DNA from: a virus
DNA length: 31,092 nucleotides
Strand: one strand, 5' to 3'
Virus genome (UHGV): UHGV-0204578
Shown piece by piece: positions 18,044 to 25,093 of the stretch. The position numbers and the translations under genes are program-made. The notes below the pieces were generated by a model that worked only from the letters and a program-made list of their open reading frames with translations, was not told the DNA's origin and did not search any database. The stretch's first letter is position 1. Each line of letters opens with the position of its first letter.

Positions 18044-18210
18044 TTTGACTTTCTCCGTTTCCCCGTGGTCAATTCAGACAGCAATTCATCTTGTGAACGG
18101 CACGGATGCCAGCGTTTACCATCCTCACCCATGATCCAGCCGTGACCGTAGTGCATTGCCGGGCTTTGTTTTACCAGCAGCGATGCAAATGATGGTTCTT
18201 TCGTCAGCAT
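17914..18210 (-). CDS. Possible small early ORF overlapping the 74-aa gene in another frame (or frameshifted remnant)
   Basis: ATG at 18210 with the same GAGGTGCT start context as dam and the DUF3850-like gene. The N-terminal ~55 residues look protein-like; the C-terminal part is the out-of-frame shadow of the 74-aa gene. Confidence 0.3.
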   Translation of the reverse strand: MLTKEPSFASLLVKQSPAMHYGHGWIMGEDGKRWHPCRSQDELLSELTTGKRRKSKCMQRKVKWFISFVTEGRVIQYLKMICSVVIRRCRAMAVTFSR

Positions 18211-18217
18211 AAGCACC

Positions 18218-18727
18218 TCACAGCAAACCGAATGAAGCACCGAGGCCAGTCACGGTATCAACTGCACTCGCCATCGCAGGATTAGCCTGTAAACGGGCCT
18301 GCAATGAAACAGCCGCCAGCGCCATCAGTCGTGTTACAGAGTTAATGCTGCTGATAGCATCACGACGACCTGCACTGGTTTTTACATCGCCAGATACCGC
18401 ACCTGCAGCAACACGCCCGATCTCTGCGGTTGCACTCATGACGTAATGTGGCAGTTTCTCTTTTGCCACCTCATTAATCGGTACGCATGGCAGGCAGTGA
18501 ATCTGAGCCAGAAAACCATCTACCAGCGTTGAATCTTCAGTCAGATCGGTGAGTAACCAGATTTCTGGCGCTGTGAGCTGATGCGGTTGATCTGGGTTGA
18601 GTTTGTTTCGCAGTGTCTGAACATTCATTCCTGCACGTTCTGCCAGCTTCGCCATATTGTGGCGTAGTGCAAAAGCTCTACAGGCTTCATCAAAATGCGG
18701 ATGTTTGGAAATCTTGTAATCAAACAT
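18218..18727 (-). CDS. cII: 186 CII-like lysogeny-establishment activator
   Basis: 169-aa ORF, second gene of the rightward early operon after apl; length and sequence recalled as matching 186 CII (memory only). Confidence 0.65.
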   Translation of the reverse strand: MFDYKISKHPHFDEACRAFALRHNMAKLAERAGMNVQTLRNKLNPDQPHQLTAPEIWLLTDLTEDSTLVDGFLAQIHCLPCVPINEVAKEKLPHYVMSATAEIGRVAAGAVSGDVKTSAGRRDAISSINSVTRLMALAAVSLQARLQANPAMASAVDTVTGLGASFGLL

Positions 18728-18759
18728 GCTGCCCCCTTAGAAAGTTCTCATAATTGAAC

Positions 18760-19008
18760 TTAGCCACCAACGATGACATTAAAATTGAAATTGGATTGGC
18801 CCATGTTTTTCCTGACTTGTTCCTTTTTGTACTCAAGGTAACGTATACATACTCTGTCTTTCGGTTTTTCCTTTTTTTCCAAGAATTTAGCGAGCTTACC
18901 ATTATGAATCATTTGATATACCGAACCGCGAGAGCGGCCTTCCCATTCCGCGAACTCTGCAGGTGTCGCCATCACTTTTGGTACACGAATTGAAATGTCG
19001 TTGCTCAT
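18760..19008 (-). CDS. apl: Apl/Cox-like excisionase and early-promoter repressor
   Basis: 82-aa HTH protein, first gene transcribed divergently from cI, as 186 apl and P2 cox. Confidence 0.7.
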   Translation of the reverse strand: MSNDISIRVPKVMATPAEFAEWEGRSRGSVYQMIHNGKLAKFLEKKEKPKDRVCIRYLEYKKEQVRKNMGQSNFNFNVIVGG

Positions 19009-19127
19009 AGTGCAGTATCTCTCGATTAAGGTTTGGTTTATGTCGTTTTATCTTGTTTTATTAGATTCAATATTTGATACATCGAGATACTACGATCCAA
19101 TATTTGATACGTCAATAGGATTAAGAA
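19009..19127. promoter_or_regulatory. Immunity switch region: lytic promoter pR (minus strand) with candidate CI operators; lysogenic promoter pL not located
   Basis: Minus-strand -35 TTGACG (19115..19110), 17-bp spacer, -10 TAGTAT (19092..19087). Two 13-bp direct repeats caatatttgatac at 19068..19080 and 19098..19110 overlap -35 and +1. Confidence 0.55.
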
Positions 19128-19760
19128 ATGATACAGGTAAAAGCTGGCGAGAATACAGGGGGAAGAGAGGCTATCCATAGACTAATGGCAGCCTATGATT
19201 TCAAGTCCAGACAGCAACTTTGCGATCACTTAGGCGCATCAAAAAGCACTATGGCAAACAGATACTTAAGAGATAGCTTTCCCGCAGAGTGGGTGATTCA
19301 GTGCGCCTTGGAAACAGGAGTTTCTTTACTGTGGCTAACCACCGGACAAGGCGAACCAGGTTCAAACATTGACCCTAAAAAAAATATCAATTCTGTGAAC
19401 TCCAGCAGGGTTAAACCTCTTTCTGAGCTTGTATCTCCTGAAATTGACAAGGCAACTCTCAACGGTGGTTTATTGGTCGATGCTGGAAAAGCAATCATTG
19501 ATAGCAGCATACTCCCCTCAGACTCAAGCAACCTGCTGCTGGTGAGTACTTCTGGTGATTCTTATTTAATAGATCGCAACCAAACACCACCAGTAAATGG
19601 TACGTGGTTAGTGGACATCGACGGGATAAAAAGCATTGTAAAATTGACACGACTCCCGGGAAACAGATTAGTAGTGCATCAGGATGATTCATCGTTTGAG
19701 TGCGAACTGGATGACATTGAGGTAATAGGTCGCGCACTGAAAATCATTAAGAGCCTTTGA
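19128..19760 (+). CDS. cI: CI-type immunity repressor (186 CI-like)
   Basis: 210-aa ORF with N-terminal HTH-like segment, divergent from apl and immediately upstream of int, the 186 cI-int arrangement. Confidence 0.7.
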   Translation: MIQVKAGENTGGREAIHRLMAAYDFKSRQQLCDHLGASKSTMANRYLRDSFPAEWVIQCALETGVSLLWLTTGQGEPGSNIDPKKNINSVNSSRVKPLSELVSPEIDKATLNGGLLVDAGKAIIDSSILPSDSSNLLLVSTSGDSYLIDRNQTPPVNGTWLVDIDGIKSIVKLTRLPGNRLVVHQDDSSFECELDDIEVIGRALKIIKSL

Positions 19761-19761
19761 T

Positions 19762-20787
19762 ATGACCATCAGAAAACAGCCGAACGGAAAGTGGTTATGT
19801 GAATGCTACCCAAACGGGAGAGATGGCAAACGCGTACGCAAACAATTTGCGACGAAAGGCGAAGCCATTGCGTTTGAGAATTTCACCATGGATGAGGTAA
19901 ACAAGAAACCTTGGCTGGGAGAAAAGGAAGATCGGCGACAACTGTCAGAAGTGATTGAGCAATGGTATTCCCTGTACGGTCAGACACTCGCTGACCCTAA
20001 GCGATTAATGGCTAAGTTAAAAATCATTTGTAATGGACTTGGCGATCCCATCGCTTCTGAATTGACAGCAGGTGATTTCACAAAGTACCGGGAAGCCAGA
20101 TTAAAAGGTGAGGTCAAAAACGAAGATGGCGTGCTCATGTCACCGGTTAAGCCCAGAACGGTGAACCTTGAACAGCGTAACCTATCCTCAGTTTTTGGCA
20201 CACTGAAAAAGCTGGGACATTGGTCTGCACCCAACCCCCTCGCCGGTCTGCCAACTTTCAAAATTGCAGAAGGTGAACTGGCGTTCCTTGCTGCTGATGA
20301 AATCAAACGCCTGCTTGACGCATGTGCTGAATCTCAAAGTCCCAGTCTGCTAATGATTGCCAAGATTTGCCTGGCTACCGGGGCAAGATGGAGCGAAGCC
20401 GAAAACCTGCAAGGTAACCAGATATCAAAGTATCGAATTACCTATACCAAAACAAAAGGAAAGAAAAACCGAACTGTTCCTATTTCTCAGGAACTGTATG
20501 AAGAATTACCCAAAAACAGAGGAAAGTTATTCACACCATGCCGAAAGGCTTTTGAGCGTGCGGTAAAACGAGCTGGAATTGAACTACCTGAAGGTCAATG
20601 TACCCACGTTCTGCGCCACACTTTCGCCAGCCACTTTATGATGAACGGCGGAAACATTTTGGTATTGAGGGATATTTTAGGACACGCTGATATTAAAATG
20701 ACCATGATTTATGCCCATTTTGCACCTGATCATCTGGAAGATGCCGTTACCAAAAATCCACTTCATAACCTCAACTGGCATCGCTAA
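19762..20787 (+). CDS. int: Tyrosine integrase (P2/186 Int family)
   Basis: 341-aa ORF with C-terminal catalytic region HVLRHTFASHFMMNGGNILVLRDILGHADIKMTMIYAH (R..H..R..Y signature); reads toward the att core. Confidence 0.9.
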   Translation: MTIRKQPNGKWLCECYPNGRDGKRVRKQFATKGEAIAFENFTMDEVNKKPWLGEKEDRRQLSEVIEQWYSLYGQTLADPKRLMAKLKIICNGLGDPIASELTAGDFTKYREARLKGEVKNEDGVLMSPVKPRTVNLEQRNLSSVFGTLKKLGHWSAPNPLAGLPTFKIAEGELAFLAADEIKRLLDACAESQSPSLLMIAKICLATGARWSEAENLQGNQISKYRITYTKTKGKKNRTVPISQELYEELPKNRGKLFTPCRKAFERAVKRAGIELPEGQCTHVLRHTFASHFMMNGGNILVLRDILGHADIKMTMIYAHFAPDHLEDAVTKNPLHNLNWHR

Positions 20788-20904
20788 TAAATGGCGGCAT
20801 TTTGGCGGCAGAACACTAAAAACAAGTAAAACAAGCAAATACAGACTAACACTAACATCATGATTTAAAATAAAAAAATATGATTTTGTTAGTATAAAAA
20901 TGGT

Positions 20905-20949
20905 ATGTAGGAATTTCGGACGCGGGTTCAACTCCCGCCAGCTCCACCA
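20905..20949 (+). other. ssrA: att core: 45-nt copy of the 3' end of the tmRNA gene ssrA (fragment only)
   Basis: ATGTAGGAATTTCGGACGCGGGTTCAACTCCCGCCAGCTCCACCA matches the E. coli ssrA 3' terminus from memory. Sequence upstream is integrase coding/AT-rich arm DNA, so the full gene is not here. Confidence 0.75.
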
Positions 20950-20982
20950 AATGATGATCCGGATACGTCCGGTGAAGTACAG

Positions 20983-21017
20983 AAAGCCCGCATGGCACAA
21001 GCCCTGCGGGCTTTTTT
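20983..21017 (+). terminator. Intrinsic terminator downstream of the ssrA 3' end
   Basis: GC hairpin gcccgca...tgcgggc followed by TTTTTT. Confidence 0.55.
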
Positions 21018-21060
21018 GTGTCTGACGTTGTCCGAGAACATCCGGCTAAATCCGGTGATT

Positions 21061-21114
21061 ATTGGTATACGTTTAGGTATACGGTAGGATGTATACCTAA
21101 AAACGTATACCAAT
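21061..21114. promoter_or_regulatory. Inverted repeat of a 22-bp motif (ATTGGTATACGTTTAGGTATAC) upstream of the satellite integrase; candidate Int arm sites or int operator
   Basis: Arms at 21061..21082 and 21091..21114 are near-perfect reverse complements; a third copy (one mismatch) lies at 30515..30536. Confidence 0.5.
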
Positions 21115-21133
21115 TCATGAAGGAGCGGCCACA

Positions 21134-22327
21134 GTGGCACGGACAACACGCCCCCTTACCAACACCGAAGTTCTGCGCGCTAAGGCGTTAGAGAAGGATC
21201 TAACGCTGCACGATGGCGACGGGCTTTTCCTGATAGTGAAAACTAGTGGCAAAAAGCTCTGGCGCTTTCGCTATCAACGTCCGGTAACAAAGCAGCGGAC
21301 AATGATGGGGCTCGGTGCCTTCCCCGCCCTATCGCTTGCTGATGCCCGAGGATTAAGAGCGGATTACCTTGCCTTATTAGCCAACGGACTCGACCCGCAA
21401 ATTCAAACTGAAGTTGCAGAGGAACAGCAGCAAATAGCACTGGACAGTATTTTTTCAACGGTCGCCGCTAACTGGTTCCAGCTCAAAAGCAAAAGCGTTA
21501 CCCCTGATTACGCAAAAGACATTTGGCGCTCACTGGAGAAAGATGTATTCCCTGCCATCGGTGAGATCCCCGTTCAGCAAATCAAAGCACGGACACTGGT
21601 TGAAGCTCTTGAGCCAATCAAAGCTCGTGGGGCGCTTGAGACTGTACGTCGACTGGTGCAGCGCATTAACGAGATAATGATTTATGCCGTAAACACTGGC
21701 CTGATTGATGCTAATCCAGCATCAGGTGTTGGGATGGCCTTTGAGAAGCCCAAAAAACAAAACATGCCGACGCTTCGGCCAGAAGAGTTACCAAAACTCA
21801 TGCGTTCTTTGGTGATGTCAAATCTCTCTGTTTCGACTCGCTGTTTAATTGAATGGCAACTCCTGACGCTTGTGCGCCCTTCTGAGGCCTCCGGTGCTCG
21901 TTGGGCAGAAATCGATCTCGATGCAAAGCTTTGGACTATTCCAGCCGAACGGATGAAGGCGAAACGTGAGCACATAGTTCCTCTCTCAACTCAGGCATTA
22001 GAGATTCTCGAAGTGATGAAACCAATCAGCGCTCACCGTGAACATGTTTTTCCCAGTAGGAATGATCCAAAACAATCCATGAATAGCCAAACAGCTAATG
22101 CAGCTTTGAAGCGTATAGGATATGGAGGAAAATTAGTTGCACACGGTTTACGATCTATTGCAAGTACTACATTGAATGAAGCGGGCTTTAATTCAGATGT
22201 GATAGAAGCGGCATTAGCTCATACAGATAAAAATGAGGTAAGAAGAGCATATAACCGCTCTATCTATTTAAAGCAAAGAATAGGCATGATGGAATGGTGG
22301 GGTGAAAAAGTTTATAATAAAAACTGA
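21134..22327 (+). CDS. int: P4-family integrase (IntA-like tyrosine recombinase)
   Basis: 397-aa ORF, GTG start with AAGGAG 8 nt upstream; N-terminus MARTTRPLTNTEV...DGDGLFLIVKTSGKKLWRFRY typical of P4/CP4-57 integrases; sits about 185 bp after the ssrA 3' end as intA does in E. coli K-12. Confidence 0.9.
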   Translation: MARTTRPLTNTEVLRAKALEKDLTLHDGDGLFLIVKTSGKKLWRFRYQRPVTKQRTMMGLGAFPALSLADARGLRADYLALLANGLDPQIQTEVAEEQQQIALDSIFSTVAANWFQLKSKSVTPDYAKDIWRSLEKDVFPAIGEIPVQQIKARTLVEALEPIKARGALETVRRLVQRINEIMIYAVNTGLIDANPASGVGMAFEKPKKQNMPTLRPEELPKLMRSLVMSNLSVSTRCLIEWQLLTLVRPSEASGARWAEIDLDAKLWTIPAERMKAKREHIVPLSTQALEILEVMKPISAHREHVFPSRNDPKQSMNSQTANAALKRIGYGGKLVAHGLRSIASTTLNEAGFNSDVIEAALAHTDKNEVRRAYNRSIYLKQRIGMMEWWGEKVYNKN

Positions 22328-22366
22328 AAAAAAAATAAAAGCTCATTCTTATGAGCTTTTATTTTC
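22328..22366. terminator. Bidirectional intrinsic terminator between int and the cargo operon
   Basis: Hairpin aaaagctcat-tctt-atgagctttt flanked by an A-run on one side and a T-run on the other. Confidence 0.65.
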
Positions 22367-22964
22367 CTGCATTACCTTTCGAATTATCAGCATCCTGTTT
22401 ATTTTGAAAAGTCATAAAGGTATTATACCAACTAGAAACACGGAATATAGCAAGAACAGCTGCTAATGCAGAGAATACTGAGTAAATAAATATAAAGTAA
22501 GCAAAAAAACTAAATATTAATAACGCATACTTATAGAAAACACCTAAATAATAATACATAAAAGCATTATTTATGAGAATACTACTATAGGCCTTGGTAA
22601 CCAAGGCCGTAATAATAGTTAGTAATTGCAACAATATAAAATGGACAAAAGTTGCATTGACTGACATATAAGGAGAATATTCTACTTCCCCACTTTCACT
22701 TTTTTCATCACCAGTTATTATTTTTTTAAAGGCCTCATCACCAATAGCTATCCACATAGCAAAACCACCTAATGAAAAGCCCAGAAGGTTCGGCATCAAT
22801 GACAGGATATCATTCCACCACCCCTGATGAGACCAAGATGGATAAAGAATCACTGTCATTAAAAAAGCACACCAAAAATAGCGACTTTTAAACACAGCCC
22901 CAGCGCCACCATAGATTTTCCAGTATCTAGCCAATGCACTGGTTGATTCTTTTTCTTCACTCAT
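22359..22964 (-). CDS. Uncharacterised integral membrane protein (201 aa, about 4 TM helices); downstream gene of cargo cassette
   Basis: Hydrophobic segments YFWCAFLMTVILYPSW, ILSLMPNLLGFSLGGFAMWIAIG, VHFILLQLLTIITALV, YALLIFSFFAYFIFIYSVFSALAAVLAIF; start overlaps the upstream gene stop (TAATG); AT-rich. Confidence 0.7.
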   Translation of the reverse strand: MSEEKESTSALARYWKIYGGAGAVFKSRYFWCAFLMTVILYPSWSHQGWWNDILSLMPNLLGFSLGGFAMWIAIGDEAFKKIITGDEKSESGEVEYSPYMSVNATFVHFILLQLLTIITALVTKAYSSILINNAFMYYYLGVFYKYALLIFSFFAYFIFIYSVFSALAAVLAIFRVSSWYNTFMTFQNKQDADNSKGNAGK

Positions 22965-23893
22965 TACTTTCTCAGAAGCCTCTTAAATTCATCTGCTAAT
23001 GATTTTGCCCTTAATAACAATAGCTCAGAAACCGATGTTACGTCAGAATCATATGGTTCGACCCTTTGAAGTGGTACGTCACTTGAGGCATGAACCTCTA
23101 CTAATCCCGCCTCATTAATCCTGCGTATACTAACTTCACCATTTCTCGAAGCAATAAGAGCATCCTGTTTTAACTCACCATCAGGTTTAATTTCCTGACC
23201 TCGCTCAGATTTATATGTTTTATCCTCTTCAATAACCCCAATACGCTTGAAGCGCTTTTGCATAACATTTTCTGCAGAAGCGAGATCATCCGGATTAGGA
23301 CGTCGAGTGACCATATTTATACACGTAATACCTTTTAAAGAAAGCATACGTTCTACACTATCTGGCTCAGTCAATATTGTAACATTAACCTTTCCAAATT
23401 TCTCTATAATTCTCTCGTGAGAAAATATCCCATTCAGAAAGCTTTCTATTTGTCTTGGTGTAAGATGCCGGCTCTTGTCCTGCATTTCGTAAACTAAAAG
23501 ATGACTTGCGGGTAGAAAAACAAAAGAGAATCTAGCTACATTTGGTTTTAAATTATCAGGTATATTTATTCTTTCCTTTTCCTCATCTGAAGCTATATCT
23601 TTCTTTACGATATCGAACCAGTCGCCATTAACGTCAATATCTGTATACTTTAGAATTTCCCCCTCAAAAGGTTCACTAATTACCTGACCTTTCTTATAAG
23701 GATAAAAATATGATAAAGTTGCGAATGAGTCTCCTCTTAAATTAACATTGCTCGCATTTTTTCTTGCCATCCTGAATAACTCGACATACTTTTCTGGCGA
23801 GTGGGGGTGCATGGATATATTCACAGCCCCGTAAGTTAATTTTTTTGCCCTTGCCATTTTTATCTTTGTTCCCTTATTTCGTGAAAGAATCAT
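22964..23893 (-). CDS. Uncharacterised soluble protein (309 aa; 297 aa if start is ATG at 23857); upstream gene of cargo cassette
   Basis: Intact AT-rich ORF with no TM segments and no catalytic motif I recognise (no Walker A, no GS..DxD nucleotidyltransferase motif, no HxH); translationally coupled to the membrane protein gene. Confidence 0.7.
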   Translation of the reverse strand: MILSRNKGTKIKMARAKKLTYGAVNISMHPHSPEKYVELFRMARKNASNVNLRGDSFATLSYFYPYKKGQVISEPFEGEILKYTDIDVNGDWFDIVKKDIASDEEKERINIPDNLKPNVARFSFVFLPASHLLVYEMQDKSRHLTPRQIESFLNGIFSHERIIEKFGKVNVTILTEPDSVERMLSLKGITCINMVTRRPNPDDLASAENVMQKRFKRIGVIEEDKTYKSERGQEIKPDGELKQDALIASRNGEVSIRRINEAGLVEVHASSDVPLQRVEPYDSDVTSVSELLLLRAKSLADEFKRLLRK

Positions 23894-24078
23894 ATATACA
23901 TGAAAGGCTTAGGGAAAACTATGTCTTAACGCACACCATCTAATAGCCAAAGGAAATAAAAATACAATTCATTATTCAAAATGGGAATATTATTTCCTCC
24001 ACGGATAATGCTCATTGGTTCCACTACCAGATTCGTAAAAATTAAAAAAACAACATCCAAGAACAGCGCGCAATGCTC

Positions 24079-24100
24079 TCCCCGCCACGCCTGCCCGCTT
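24079..24100. other. cos site of the P4-type satellite, identical 22-mer to the helper cos
   Basis: TCCCCGCCACGCCTGCCCGCTT identical to 12560..12581; flanks also similar (ttttaatgcaggtgcatga versus ttttcatgcacctgcatga). Located between cargo and psu, where P4 cos lies. Confidence 0.6.
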
Positions 24101-24264
24101 CTTGGGGCGCTTTTAATGCAGGTGCATGAAGTGGCTCAGGCCGCGCCGCGACTGGCGCTGGTCGGGAGTACAGGAGCGGGAAAACGCATGCAAAACCATG
24201 CACCCTTTGGATGCATGGCTTAATTCGGGAAAAATGGCGGGAATTACGAGGATTTTTTGACAGG

Positions 24265-24831
24265 TTACGGCGCGGCCAGTTCGGCGCGTCGACGGGTGTA
24301 AATCATGCTCTGTGCAGGGGTGAATTTTTCACGATTATCATCCCGCGAAGGCGCGTCAGGCCTGTATCCGATGGCCGTTAAAATATCGCTATCCTGTGCC
24401 GAATAATTAATTTCATTTCCTGCGGCCAGCCAGACGGAAAGAGCTTCTCGCAGGTATGCTACTGAACGGTCAAGCGCACGGTTTTTTATCATCGTGGGCT
24501 GGTTCTTAATTCCCATCAGCTCGGGTGCCAGTGCGGCGGCCAGCTCCGCGCCGTTCTGCTGCATAAAATCGTACAGCCGGTTACGGATGCTGATGCGCTG
24601 CACCTCCTCATGCGAGGAAATGTAGCGACCGGCGGCCTGATTAATCTCCCATTTTTTTACGTCAATAATATCTCGCAGCGTCTGTAATCTGCGGGAACCT
24701 GATGCGTTGTCATCCAGCAATAATTCCTGATATTCCTGTTCTGCGGCGGTCAGTTCGGCTTTACAGTTCAGCCACGCCGTTTTGTTCGTCTGACAGGCAT
24801 CGAACGCCTGCTGTAAGGTCAGGGTGGTCAC
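24265..24831 (-). CDS. psu: Psu (polarity suppression / capsid decoration protein)
   Basis: 188-aa ORF (GTG start) with strong similarity to P4 Psu (..LQQAFD.CQ.NK.AWL..K.EL.AAEQEY..NQAAGRYI.SHE.VQ.ISIR.RL.DFMQQ..). Confidence 0.85.
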   Translation of the reverse strand: MTTLTLQQAFDACQTNKTAWLNCKAELTAAEQEYQELLLDDNASGSRRLQTLRDIIDVKKWEINQAAGRYISSHEEVQRISIRNRLYDFMQQNGAELAAALAPELMGIKNQPTMIKNRALDRSVAYLREALSVWLAAGNEINYSAQDSDILTAIGYRPDAPSRDDNREKFTPAQSMIYTRRRAELAAP

Positions 24832-24847
24832 GGGTTGTCTCTCCTGA

Positions 24848-25093
24848 TTAATGGTGGAACGGTGAGCTGTAGCAGCTTTTTACCCGGCGGGGTGTAACGG
24901 GTACTGTCGGCACCGGTGCGGGTTTCTCATCGACGACCGGGGAACGGATCACCTCAAAGATGGACTCATGCGTTTTGAATGTCGCCGAGCAGTGCACATT
25001 CTGGCACTGGAGGTAACTCTCTTTGACGCTGTCAGACATATAGCGGCTGGTGCGAACGTGGGCCGCTGTGCGACAGAAAGGGCAGCGCATCAT
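24848..25093 (-). CDS. delta: Delta/Ogr-family zinc-finger late-gene activator
   Basis: MMRCPFCRTAAHVRTSRYMSD...YLQCQNVHCSATF mirrors P2 Ogr (CPLCQHAAHARTSRY...HQCQNVNCSATF). Confidence 0.85.
   Translation of the reverse strand: MMRCPFCRTAAHVRTSRYMSDSVKESYLQCQNVHCSATFKTHESIFEVIRSPVVDEKPAPVPTVPVTPRRVKSCYSSPFHH

Larger units (their letters stand above)
1..20949. mobile_element. P2/186-family temperate prophage, partial (tail fibre H through integrase and att core); continues beyond window start
   Basis: Contiguous P2-order structural genes (H,I,J,W,V,S,R,lysis,X,L,M,N,O with divergent P,Q), cos, replication gene A, 186-type immunity switch, and an integrase adjacent to the ssrA 3' core. Confidence 0.85.

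Noticed and set aside
20905-20949. A complete tRNA or tmRNA gene
   Set aside because: Only the last ~45 nt of ssrA (T-arm and acceptor 3' strand) are present; upstream sequence is integrase coding and arm DNA. It is an att core copy, not a functional RNA gene.
22359-23893. Assigning the cargo pair to Kiwa (KwaA/KwaB) or to a minimal CBASS/Pycsar operon
   Set aside because: Kiwa has the membrane gene first and here the soluble gene is first. I see no GS...DxD nucleotidyltransferase or cyclase motif in the soluble protein. Without profile searches any named assignment would be a guess, so it is left unclassified.
23981-24223. Plus-strand 80-aa ORF spanning the satellite cos region
   Set aside because: It overlaps the cos core and GC-rich packaging-site flanks, has no RBS and an odd composition. 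The region is better explained as non-coding.
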